From: Nitrosopumilus sp. | GTDB taxonomy: Archaea; Thermoproteota; Nitrososphaeria; Nitrososphaerales; Nitrosopumilaceae | Direction of reading: 5' to 3' | Assembly: GCA_965207075.1 (NCBI GenBank) | Contig: CBDBLO010000002.1 | Span: forward strand, 1,728,001-1,792,000 | Length of the DNA: 64,000 nt | The notes under the pieces: generated by a model | What the model saw: the letters and a program-made list of their open reading frames with translations, nothing else | What the model was told of the DNA's origin: nothing | The model's database searches: none | Shown here: piece after piece, positions 20,088 through 29,249 of the stretch | How positions within the stretch are numbered: position 1 is the stretch's first letter | Layout of the letters: each line of letters begins with the position of its first letter | Made by a program: the position numbers and the translations under genes

Positions 20088-21512
20088 CTACCTTACGCCC
20101 CTGTCGGACGGTTCGGATGCGGGGCCGCCCAACGCGCCGCGGGCGGCCTGACCGGCACCGCCGCCGTCGTCCCCGGAACCCGTTCCCCCGAGCATTCCCT
20201 CGCTTCCGACGCCCTTCACCAGCTTGTCGACTACTGGCATGCTCCCGATTGCGCCCCGGCCCGCCCCCGCGGCAAGGCCCCTGAGGGAGCCACCAAGTCC
20301 GCCTGCCGCCGCGCCGCCGGCCGCGCCTACGGCGCCCCCCATCCCGACCTGCATGGCCATGTTGCTGCTGCTGATGACCGCGGTCTGGATAGCGCCCTGG
20401 ATGGAGCCCGTCACGTTGCTCAGAAACGGCGCCAGGATGAGCGGCCAGAGGCCCGCGAGCGTGACTATCCCCAGCACGGAGACCCACTCCTCAAGCGACG
20501 GCATGGGTGAGTTTGAGATGTGGGTCCAGCCCACGTACAGCGTTACAGCCGAGAGAAACGGCGCAAACGAGGCGCCCACCATGTTGTCTATCATGTTTTT
20601 CGCGTGCTTTTTGAGGTACGGGACGTTCCGCAGGACGAGCCACATCGGCAAGGTGATCAGCACGATACTGATGAACAGCACGCGCACCTTTGCCGTCACG
20701 AACACCACGAGTGACACGACGAGCGCCGGCATCAGCTTGAAGAACGGCATGAACACCTCGCCCATCAGGCTCTGCCCGAAGTCGTTGGGGCTTGCGAGCG
20801 CCGTGCTCCACGATACAGGGTCGAGGACGCCGGCAAAGTCGAACATGCACGCGGCGGAGGCCCCCATCTTGCACCAGAGCGAGTCGATTACCGTATGGGG
20901 ATCGCCGCCGGGGTTCATCATGTGCCTGGAGAATTCGGTCATGTGTATGGCAAACACGTCCCACACCTCCGGCACCAGAAATATGGCCACCAGTCCGAAG
21001 ATCGACGCCTTGAACATATCAAGAGACGCGCCGCGGCGCCATATGCCGAACCCCTTCTCCCAGAAGTGCCCCGCGCCCGAGAATATTGTCATCGCGACCA
21101 GTATGGCAGATGCGGGGTATGCGAACCACCAGTACATGGCCGCGATGCTGCTGTCGGTGTCGCGGTACCCCATCCTTAAGAGTTCCGAGTTTATGGAGTC
21201 GATCTCCTCGTCCGTCCGCGTCAGCGCCTCGTAGTCGGCGTTCTGCATGTGGAGTGTAGCGAGTCCGCGCAGCTCGTCTCGGCGCTCAAGGTGCGGCTGC
21301 GCGGCTATGGCGATCTCCTCTGGCACGGACGAGACGCGGTTGCCGTTATCGTCGTACGCGTGCATGGTGGGGACCTCGGTTATGGCGTCTGCCAAGCTGC
21401 CCTGTATGACGCCCGTGAACGCGGTCATCACCCCCACGTACACCACGAATCCGAGCAGCATCATGCCCAGTATCGCGGGTCCCTGCAACAGGAACGCGGG
21501 CCTGTCCTTCAT
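20088..21512 (-). CDS. VirB6/TrbL-like polytopic conjugal transfer membrane protein
   Basis: Several TM helices and a Gly/Ala-rich C-terminal tail; adjacent to the secretion ATPase. Confidence 0.65.
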   Translation of the reverse strand: MKDRPAFLLQGPAILGMMLLGFVVYVGVMTAFTGVIQGSLADAITEVPTMHAYDDNGNRVSSVPEEIAIAAQPHLERRDELRGLATLHMQNADYEALTRTDEEIDSINSELLRMGYRDTDSSIAAMYWWFAYPASAILVAMTIFSGAGHFWEKGFGIWRRGASLDMFKASIFGLVAIFLVPEVWDVFAIHMTEFSRHMMNPGGDPHTVIDSLWCKMGASAACMFDFAGVLDPVSWSTALASPNDFGQSLMGEVFMPFFKLMPALVVSLVVFVTAKVRVLFISIVLITLPMWLVLRNVPYLKKHAKNMIDNMVGASFAPFLSAVTLYVGWTHISNSPMPSLEEWVSVLGIVTLAGLWPLILAPFLSNVTGSIQGAIQTAVISSSNMAMQVGMGGAVGAAGGAAAGGLGGSLRGLAAGAGRGAIGSMPVVDKLVKGVGSEGMLGGTGSGDDGGGAGQAARGALGGPASEPSDRGVR

Positions 21513-21641
21513 GGTATCAGACGTACAGCCGGGATAAAAGGCGCATCAGGCTGCTGGAAGGCACCGGAAGAGCCGGGGCCGTGCCTGCAAGGACTGATCG
21601 CGGGTGCGAAACGCCGCCGAACCGATGCCGTCTGCCCGCCG

Positions 21642-23240
21642 TCATGTGCATCCACTGCCGGCATAGTACCGGTTTATCGCCCCGTGTATGGACTCTATGT
21701 CGGAAGTCTTCCCATCCAGTATGCCCTGCAGGACGCGCACCCGGGATTCCAGGTTCTTCTTGACGTCGTCGACCCCCAGCATGACCTTTACGTTCTGCAG
21801 GGCCGTGCTGCTTCTTACGACCGCGTCCAAATCGTCCGGCACCAGCCTGTTCTTTGCGGGATCGTACCAGAATATCGCGTCAAGCAACCTCTTGTCATCC
21901 GTGTGGGGGGCGGCGGCCGCGTCTGGCGCACCTGCCCGGTTGGAGACTTCCGTAATCGATATGAGCTTGCGCTGCCTCTTGTTGTCGTGCAGCACCCAGG
22001 ACATGTGCAGGATGTACGTGAGAAGGTTGGTCTGGGACTTGGAGAGCGAGATCGGGGGAGCCTCCAGTCTGGTCATGGCGTGCTCCGCGCTGCTTGCATG
22101 AAACGAGCACATGCACCCGGACCCGGACGCGGCGGCCTGGAACAGGCCGTCTGCCTCCCTCCCGAGTATCTCGCCCACCACCACAAAGTCGGGGCGGAAC
22201 CTCATGGACAGCCTGCACAGGTCAAAGACGCCAAAGCCTCCCGCGCCTCCCGCGTTGTCGTTGCCACCACGCGTCGTTGCAGGTGCGCCCTGCTCCCCGT
22301 GCAGCGACGAGTTCGTGGTGGTCTGGTGCCTGCTGACGTACTGGTGCGGCACCTTCAGCTCCAGCACGTCCTCTATGGTGAAATAGTGCCAGTTGGGGTT
22401 TGACATCGTGAATATGGCGTTTATCATGGTGGTCTTGCCGGCCGACGGCGCCCCGATCACCAGGCCGAACCCCTTGAGGTCCATGATACACCAGAGGTAG
22501 GCCGCCGCCAGTACGGAGAGCAGGCCGCTCTGCAGAAGGTGGTATATGGTGACGGCGGAGACTGACGGCTTTCTGATCGACATGGTCGGGCTGTCCGGAG
22601 TGATCTTCCTGTTTCCGGTGAATGTGTAGCGTATGCCGTGCTCGTCGGAAAACGAGGTCATGGGGCGGGTCTCGCTGGGCGGCTCGCCGTACTTTTGCGA
22701 TATGCGCTGGATGAGGCGCTCCAGCGCCGACTCGGTCTGGAATGTCACGTTCGTGCTCAGCAGGGTGTGGTGGGGATGCTCGCGGTGCACGACCGCCACG
22801 GGCCTGTTCCAGTGCAGGCACAGGATGTCCTCTATGTGCGGATCCCGTATCAGGACGTCGAGCTCGGCGTACCCCGCCACGTCCCGGACCAGGTAGTACT
22901 CGACTGCCTCCTTTTCGCGCCTCCACACCTCAAAGTCGTTTGTCGCCTTTGACTCCTCCTCGAGGGTGCGCTTTAGCAGCGGGATGACGTCGTCGCTGGA
23001 TATGTCCTGATACGTAAAGGAGTGGTGTATGTTCTGCATGAGCCGCCTGTACGCGGCCTCGGCGCGCATAGTGAGGGATGGCTCCCTTATGATGTATCGG
23101 CCGTCTCTGGTGACAAAGACACTGGCTTTTGCCCCCGTCTGTCCGATCAGATACTCTTGAACCACATCCAAGTCCGGCGCCTGGTCGTCGAACCTACAGA
23201 TGGCATAGTTGTCCCCGCTTGTCAACAAAGCGCCTTCCAC
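21642..23240 (-). CDS. Type II/IV secretion ATPase (VirB11/TadA/FlaI family)
   Basis: DPHIEDI, Walker A GAPSAGKTT, TIED..EL, RFRPDFVVVGEI, SFHA. Confidence 0.92.
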   Translation of the reverse strand: MEGALLTSGDNYAICRFDDQAPDLDVVQEYLIGQTGAKASVFVTRDGRYIIREPSLTMRAEAAYRRLMQNIHHSFTYQDISSDDVIPLLKRTLEEESKATNDFEVWRREKEAVEYYLVRDVAGYAELDVLIRDPHIEDILCLHWNRPVAVVHREHPHHTLLSTNVTFQTESALERLIQRISQKYGEPPSETRPMTSFSDEHGIRYTFTGNRKITPDSPTMSIRKPSVSAVTIYHLLQSGLLSVLAAAYLWCIMDLKGFGLVIGAPSAGKTTMINAIFTMSNPNWHYFTIEDVLELKVPHQYVSRHQTTTNSSLHGEQGAPATTRGGNDNAGGAGGFGVFDLCRLSMRFRPDFVVVGEILGREADGLFQAAASGSGCMCSFHASSAEHAMTRLEAPPISLSKSQTNLLTYILHMSWVLHDNKRQRKLISITEVSNRAGAPDAAAAPHTDDKRLLDAIFWYDPAKNRLVPDDLDAVVRSSTALQNVKVMLGVDDVKKNLESRVRVLQGILDGKTSDIESIHGAINRYYAGSGCT

Positions 23241-23459
23241 GATTCATGTTTAAGCAAGTCTATCAGTACGTTTTTCTGCACGGATCAGGAGTCGAACACG
23301 ACATGCATAGTCAGCGAGCTAAATAATCGTACATTTTTACAATCGGAATCTCTTCCCTCAGCATCGTACGTATGGATTGCCTCATCTCCTCAGCATACTC
23401 GCACAGTGGTTCCCTGTTGCCTTCTTGAATGATTTCTACTGCACCGCTATCTTCTGAGT

Positions 23460-23541
23460 GTAACCGTTCAACCCGCGTGCCTGCGCCAAGGGGTGAACGG
23501 TTGGACTCATACCTGAATTCTGGAGAAGGCTGAACGGTTAC
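23460..23541. mobile_element. 82-bp MITE-like insertion
   Basis: 11-bp TIR gtaaccgttca/tgaacggttac; flanking cttctgagt/cttctgagc target duplication. Confidence 0.65.
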
Positions 23542-23586
23542 CTTCTGAGCTTGTCAATGGTTTATATATTTAAATTTTTTATCATT

Positions 23587-24510
23587 ATGGTATTGATTCC
23601 CGTTTTCCACAAGATGATACGTCCTATACTAGAATTGCTAGCGGATAAAGAGTTACACAGGCTAAAAGAAGTTGTAAATCATTTAGCAGCACATTTTGAA
23701 ATATCAGAAGAGGAAAGATTAGAGCTTACTCCGGTAGGAAAAAGGGGGAAGTTTTACATTAGAGTTGCGTGGGCAATTTCTACACTACGAAACATTGGGC
23801 TTTTAGAAAATACTGAAATTGGGGTATTCAAGATAACCAAAAAAGGCGACCAAAAAAGAAATATTTTGATAAGAAATCCCAACATGAGTGGCTTTAATTT
23901 TCTATCACAGTTTCCAGAATATCGGAATTTTTTACACAGAAACCGAGATACAGGATCAGAAACACAAGACTCTGACGGCGATGAGCTGTCACCTCAGGAA
24001 TTGATTGATAAGAATTTTCTAATATTAGAAACAAATCTGCATGACGAGCTGCTATCAGAGATTAACGATATGGATCCATATGCCTTTCAGAGATTAGTCT
24101 CCACAGTGCTGACCGCAATGAGGTATGGTTCGCCTGATTTGGAAACAGATCTCCCAAAAACAAGAGATGGAGGAATAGACGGCATTATTAACCAAGATGA
24201 ATTAGGACTGGAAAAGATCTATCTTCAAGCAAAGAGATGGAGAACCAACAGAGTGAGCAAGGATGAAATCCAGAAGTTTATGGGAGCGCTAAGCGACAAG
24301 GCTACAAAAAAAGGGGTGTTTATAACAACTAGCAAATTTACTAGAGATGCCAAAGATTTTGCTAAAAGTAACGCTAATTTCAGTGTAGTATTAATTGATG
24401 GTCAAAAACTTGCTAAATTGATGGATAAGTATAATCTTGGAGTAACTAATTCCAAAACATACACAATTAAAAAATTTGATCAGGATTTTTTCGACGAGTA
24501 CAACATTTGA
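23587..24510 (+). CDS. mrr: Mrr family type IV restriction endonuclease
   Basis: Mrr_N wHTH (RVAWA...L...GLL...G.FKIT) and DGGIDG...IYLQAKRW...F.GAL...KGVFITTS. Confidence 0.93.
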   Translation: MVLIPVFHKMIRPILELLADKELHRLKEVVNHLAAHFEISEEERLELTPVGKRGKFYIRVAWAISTLRNIGLLENTEIGVFKITKKGDQKRNILIRNPNMSGFNFLSQFPEYRNFLHRNRDTGSETQDSDGDELSPQELIDKNFLILETNLHDELLSEINDMDPYAFQRLVSTVLTAMRYGSPDLETDLPKTRDGGIDGIINQDELGLEKIYLQAKRWRTNRVSKDEIQKFMGALSDKATKKGVFITTSKFTRDAKDFAKSNANFSVVLIDGQKLAKLMDKYNLGVTNSKTYTIKKFDQDFFDEYNI

Positions 24511-24692
24511 CGCTTCGTGTATCGTAGTGTGAATCAATCTAAACAATTGATGATACACATTGAGATAGAGACAAGGTGCATGAAAGATGAGAAGACATGG
24601 TGCGTCGGGTCGACTTCCCAAGAACATTCTATGGTGTTAGGCGCATAGCTGGCCAAGTAATACTCGACTGTATCTATTTCGCATTTCTATAC

Positions 24693-25060
24693 ATCAAAAT
24701 CGTTTGTCGTCTTTGACTTCTTTTCGGTATGAACCAAGCTGCACACACAGAATCTAGACAAAACAGGATCTTTTGTTCGCAGAGCTTAGTTCACACCCTT
24801 TTCAAACGTGCGCTTTAGCAGAGAAATGGCGTCGTCGCTGGATATGTTCTGGTACGTGAAGGAACGGTACATATTCTGCATTGAGCCGCATGTACGCGGC
24901 TTCTGCGAGCATAGTGAGAGGTAGTCCTCTTATGATGTAGTGGTCATCCCCGGTGATAAAGGTGCTGGTTTTTGTTCCTGTTTGCCCAGTTTGATACTCT
25001 TGGATCATACGCCCGGATTCAGCGCTTAGTCGTCGAATCTGTAGATGGCGTACTGTCGTT
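24693..25060 (-). pseudogene. Degenerate 5' fragment of the VirB11-like ATPase
   Basis: IQEYQTGQTGTKTSTFITGDDHYIIR..LTM.AEAAY.RL mirrors the N-terminus of 21642-23240; frameshifted and interrupted. Confidence 0.8.
24726..24797. mobile_element. 72-bp MITE-like insertion inside the ATPase remnant
   Basis: TIR ggtatgaaccaagct / agcttagttcacacc (13/15 match); 6-bp TSD cttttc at 24720-24725 and 24798-24803. Confidence 0.7.
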
Positions 25061-25197
25061 GCTCTTCAAGGACATGGTACTGCAGCTCGTTTAAGTAGCA
25101 CAAGTCTTTGCAGGTAAGCTTCGAACTTATCAGTGGTGTACAATTTGTGGTATATGGTAGACGTTATATTTTTTAATTTGATAAAAAAATCACTATT

Positions 25198-25947
25198 GTG
25201 GATCCACGCAAATTGGACGATGTTAAAGAGGGTGCAGAGGTTCAGATTAAGGATGAGCGTAGTGGTGACTTGATTGATACTATAGTTGACAAAGCGCTGA
25301 CGAAAATCCCGTATCATCATAGTGGGATACGAATCAAAGACATCAATGGTAGAACTGGGAGGGTGCAAGACTTTCGTACTCAAATAAATGAACATAGTAA
25401 ACTAAAGCAACTAGTTAGAGATTTTGAACAGAATTTAAAACTTGATGAAAGTGAAACTTTGGAGTTTAAAGCCAATATGCTTTTTGATCGAAATCATTAC
25501 GAGAAAAGTAATGAAAAAAGAGAATCTAAAAATGGCATTCATTCGATCGCCAAAACAATTGCCGCATTTGCCAACCAACATGGTGGAATTTTATATATTG
25601 GTGTAAGTGACGATACACGAGAAATTTTAGGATTAGAGGAAGATTATGAATTATTATCTTATAAGAACAATTCTGATGGCTTTTTAATAAAATTAAAGAA
25701 TTCGATGGAAAGCATGTTGGGAAAGCATGATTTTCATCCCTGTGTGAAAGAAAGACGAATATTAAAAATGCGTAACAATAAAGAAGTTTGTGTTATCGAA
25801 GTAATCCCCAGCTCAACACCACTAATTATAAAACAAAAACAAGAACAGCAGCTGTATGTACGCGAGGGTAGTGACTCCATACGCTATGAAAATATTCAGG
25901 CCTTCTGTAATCATTGGCACGATCATATGAAGTGGCTAGAAAGCTAG
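25198..25947 (+). CDS. YwbE(DUF2196)-like domain fused to Schlafen AlbA_2 domain
   Basis: N-term G..V.I....SG.L....V...LT...H.SGI......GRTGRVQ; C-term ESETLEFK, IAAFAN..GG.LYIGV.D, LYVREG. Confidence 0.8.
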   Translation: MDPRKLDDVKEGAEVQIKDERSGDLIDTIVDKALTKIPYHHSGIRIKDINGRTGRVQDFRTQINEHSKLKQLVRDFEQNLKLDESETLEFKANMLFDRNHYEKSNEKRESKNGIHSIAKTIAAFANQHGGILYIGVSDDTREILGLEEDYELLSYKNNSDGFLIKLKNSMESMLGKHDFHPCVKERRILKMRNNKEVCVIEVIPSSTPLIIKQKQEQQLYVREGSDSIRYENIQAFCNHWHDHMKWLES

Positions 25948-27698
25948 ATTTTGTTTCGTAATAAATCACAAATTTTATCGATTCGTTCATCACCAATAGG
26001 TGGATCTGAGTTAACAACTAAAAGTTTTGCTAGATTTAGTGGGTGTTTGTCATCTATTTTGGTAGCATCACTGTATTTGGCATAGTGATTATTGACCAGC
26101 CATTTTAGGTATGGATGTCTATCTGTAACCGTCGAATAAATTTCTTGTGGTTTAAGTTTTCTTTCGCAGGGATAATTTTTTGCTTGCATGTTTAGATTAG
26201 AAGGCAATGGAGCCAAATTCGTGATTTGATCCATCTCTTCATCTTCGATCGTTGATGAGGCACGATTTGCTTTGGGTATTAGATGATCTAAATTCCAGTG
26301 ATGTTGCCTTGTTCCATATTCTACAGGATCAAATTTTCCACCCGCGTTGGTTCTGTCTGGAAGCAAACATGCATTGAAAATTCTTCTAATTGCATTTCTA
26401 CCAACCCGTCTGAGTGATAACTTTAACCAATCTTCTGCAGGAGGCGAATCAAGATCACTTGCTCCTGTGTCCTTGCTTATTTGGTCTGCCAAATATCTCA
26501 TAGTTACAGAATCTCTTTGGATGCAGTCTGCAACTATAGGTCCAATTCTTCCAATTGTACCATCAATCATTCTGCGATACAAAGCTCGTAACAATACGTG
26601 TTGTTCAGGTTCCGTGTCAAAGCTACCATCAAGAAAATCCGGTTGTTTTCCTTTTAAGTATGTGTGCTTGTAAAAATACCATAGCGCTAACGAAAAAGGT
26701 AAATCACCACATTGTGTTATTTCATATAAAAATGGATATTTTTTATGACCGACATTGTTCTCGTTTTCCATTTCAGATCGATTATGAAAATCTTCTATAA
26801 AGTCAAGAAGGTCGTATACATCTAATTGTTTTAGAGCGTGCCAGTTTTGGAAAACCTTGCTCTGATTGTCTTCTGATTCGTTATTGCTTAATACATCGTA
26901 CAAATTTTTTCCTAACACTTTGGTGCCCTTTATTCGTTTAGATTGAAAAATATCCGTAAAGCGATTTTCCATTTCATCAATGTCTTCTCCGGTCCATTGC
27001 ATGGCATCTGCTTGTTGAACTATTTCAGACCTTAAAAGATCAACTTCTGATAATATTATTCCTGTAGAATTTATGTTGATAAATGTATTTGTAAGCTCTC
27101 TTCTATTTTTAAATCCAAAATATCTGTCTATAGCAATTTGTTTTGTTACAAACGTCTTGGTCACTCTACTGGCAAATTCCTTTGGGGTGCTTTGTAATTC
27201 AGATTCTACAAAATTGACGACTTCGGAGTACAGTTCGTTATAACTAGTACTAATGCCATACCTCGTGTGTTCGCGCAACATTTTATCATTGTGCTCAAAA
27301 ATGGGTTGTTTGCTTGAAACTTCTGCTTTCAATAGCTTAAATTCATTGCAGATGTCTTGCAGTTTTGGCTCTGGTGAAAGAACTAATGGATATAAACACT
27401 TTAGCAGTGCAGTGGCAATGGCAAATCTCTGTAAGCCATCTAGAAGAATTATGCCTGTATTATCACTTCCAGAAGCTAAAATTACAGTACCGAGCAAGAC
27501 TGATTTTGACTTCAGAAATTCCTCGACTTCTTTTTTCTTCCAAACTATTTTTCTTTGATATGCTGGGATTTGAATTGAGTTCGGATCAAAATCTTTGACC
27601 GAATCCGGCCAGTCATCCGCAGAAATTTTGGAGCTAGTTAACGCATAATGAACTGCATAGCTAAAGAATTGTGGTGTGTCTCCAGGCCTAGATATCAC
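25944..27698 (-). CDS. DUF262 (ParB-like NTPase) plus HNH protein, GmrSD/SspE-like
   Basis: IP.YQR.IVW, LLDGLQR, F.NINSTG..LS..DLLRS; C-terminal LDHLIPK...ITNLAPL..NLN. Confidence 0.85.
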   Translation of the reverse strand: MISRPGDTPQFFSYAVHYALTSSKISADDWPDSVKDFDPNSIQIPAYQRKIVWKKKEVEEFLKSKSVLLGTVILASGSDNTGIILLDGLQRFAIATALLKCLYPLVLSPEPKLQDICNEFKLLKAEVSSKQPIFEHNDKMLREHTRYGISTSYNELYSEVVNFVESELQSTPKEFASRVTKTFVTKQIAIDRYFGFKNRRELTNTFININSTGIILSEVDLLRSEIVQQADAMQWTGEDIDEMENRFTDIFQSKRIKGTKVLGKNLYDVLSNNESEDNQSKVFQNWHALKQLDVYDLLDFIEDFHNRSEMENENNVGHKKYPFLYEITQCGDLPFSLALWYFYKHTYLKGKQPDFLDGSFDTEPEQHVLLRALYRRMIDGTIGRIGPIVADCIQRDSVTMRYLADQISKDTGASDLDSPPAEDWLKLSLRRVGRNAIRRIFNACLLPDRTNAGGKFDPVEYGTRQHHWNLDHLIPKANRASSTIEDEEMDQITNLAPLPSNLNMQAKNYPCERKLKPQEIYSTVTDRHPYLKWLVNNHYAKYSDATKIDDKHPLNLAKLLVVNSDPPIGDERIDKICDLLRNKI

Positions 27699-28096
27699 AC
27701 ATCCGTTTCTTTGAAGGTCTTAAAAAGCATTGCCGTGTCGTAATAACCGTTCAATCTAACTCAAAATCTGGGCACAAATTTCACCATCTGTGCTGATGCA
27801 ACATGCAGGTTAAACAGGTCTATCGTCCAAGAATTGTAGTGCCCGTACATACACTCAAGTACTGTGCAATCGTGGCGTTCATGAACGGATTGTGTTCTTT
27901 TCACGCACTCGTACTGTGCCGACATGATGCCAAGATTGTGTCTAAACTTTTTTACATTCAGTGCTCTGCAGCAAGCTGCATGTCTATGTTCCCGCGTCCT
28001 GAATCGCAATTGTACATGCGCTATGTACCATTCTGCACCCTGGCTCTTAGTCTAATGATAATTCCCAGCACTACCACGGAAAACACTTCCAGAACT

Positions 28097-28169
28097 TTAT
28101 AACATGCTTCCAAAACCTTATAACATGCTTCCAAAACCTTATAACATGCTTCCAAAACCTTATAACATG
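28097..28169 (+). repeat. 21-bp tandem repeat (3.5 copies) at the dndB promoter/start
   Basis: ttataacatgcttccaaaacc at 28097, 28118 and 28139; partial copy at 28160. Confidence 0.95.
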
Positions 28170-29249
28170 AGCAATTTGTCATATGCTAATGACGCCGAGG
28201 GTGCCATGGCGTTTTACGCAACAAGAGGCATGCAGGCAAAAAGGGAATTCTACGTTGCCATGTGCGATTTTGCCACGGTTGTAAAGCACTTTGCATTTGA
28301 CATGTCCTCTGGGATACCGCCTGAGATGAGAGCTCAGCGCAAGATACGTGAATCTCGGATATCAAAAATAGCATCATACATACTAGAAAACCCTGATAAC
28401 TATGTGTTTTCGGCAGTCACTGTATCAGTAGATAAACCCATGAAGTTTGAGCCCATTCCAAAAGATAGCTACGAGAGCAAAGTAGGCAAAATAACGATAC
28501 CATCGAACGCCACCATACTGGTAAACGATGGCCAGCATAGATGCTCAGCAATAAGGGCCGCATACGAGAAGAACAAGGACGTAGGCATAGAAAGAATACC
28601 TGTCGTGATATTCGAAGACCGAGGATTGCAGCACAGTCAACAAATGTTTGCAGATTTGAATCAGAACGCAGTAAAACCCACAAAGTCACTCGCCTTGTTG
28701 TACGACCACCGAGACACATTTGCTAGATTCATAGTGACGTTGGCTAACGACATTGACATATTTGCCGGACGAACAGAGATGGAAAAAACCAACATATCAA
28801 ACCGTTCACACACGGTGTTTACACTCAACGGCATCGGCGAGGCCACACGCCGTCTCTTGGACATAAAGGTGAATACAAAATCGATCTCAGCAGAAAAGCA
28901 AAAGCTGGCCGCAGAATACTGGACCCTCGTATCCAGAAACATTCCACAATGGAACCTACTAATGGACAAAAAAATTACGCCGATTGATATGAGAAAACAG
29001 TATGTACACGCCCACACAAACATACTACACGCCCTAGGCATGGTCGGTCATGTACTAACACGGCGTAAGAACTGGAAGCAAAAGATAAGGGGACTGCAGG
29101 ACATCGACTGGTCCCGTAACAGCCCCATCTGGCAGGACAAGGTCGTAATGGACGGCAAGATGCTAAAGAACCGACTGGGCATCAAGCGCGCTGCAAACGA
29201 GATTCTGTTTAGGTTGGGTGTACCGGACAGAGTGGATGGTGGCATGTAA
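28167..29249 (+). CDS. dndB: DNA sulfur modification protein DndB
   Basis: RAQR.I...RI.KI..YI..N..NYVFSA, NDGQHR, QQMFADLN; first gene of the dnd operon; start ambiguous (28104-28206). Confidence 0.92.
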   Translation: MSNLSYANDAEGAMAFYATRGMQAKREFYVAMCDFATVVKHFAFDMSSGIPPEMRAQRKIRESRISKIASYILENPDNYVFSAVTVSVDKPMKFEPIPKDSYESKVGKITIPSNATILVNDGQHRCSAIRAAYEKNKDVGIERIPVVIFEDRGLQHSQQMFADLNQNAVKPTKSLALLYDHRDTFARFIVTLANDIDIFAGRTEMEKTNISNRSHTVFTLNGIGEATRRLLDIKVNTKSISAEKQKLAAEYWTLVSRNIPQWNLLMDKKITPIDMRKQYVHAHTNILHALGMVGHVLTRRKNWKQKIRGLQDIDWSRNSPIWQDKVVMDGKMLKNRLGIKRAANEILFRLGVPDRVDGGM

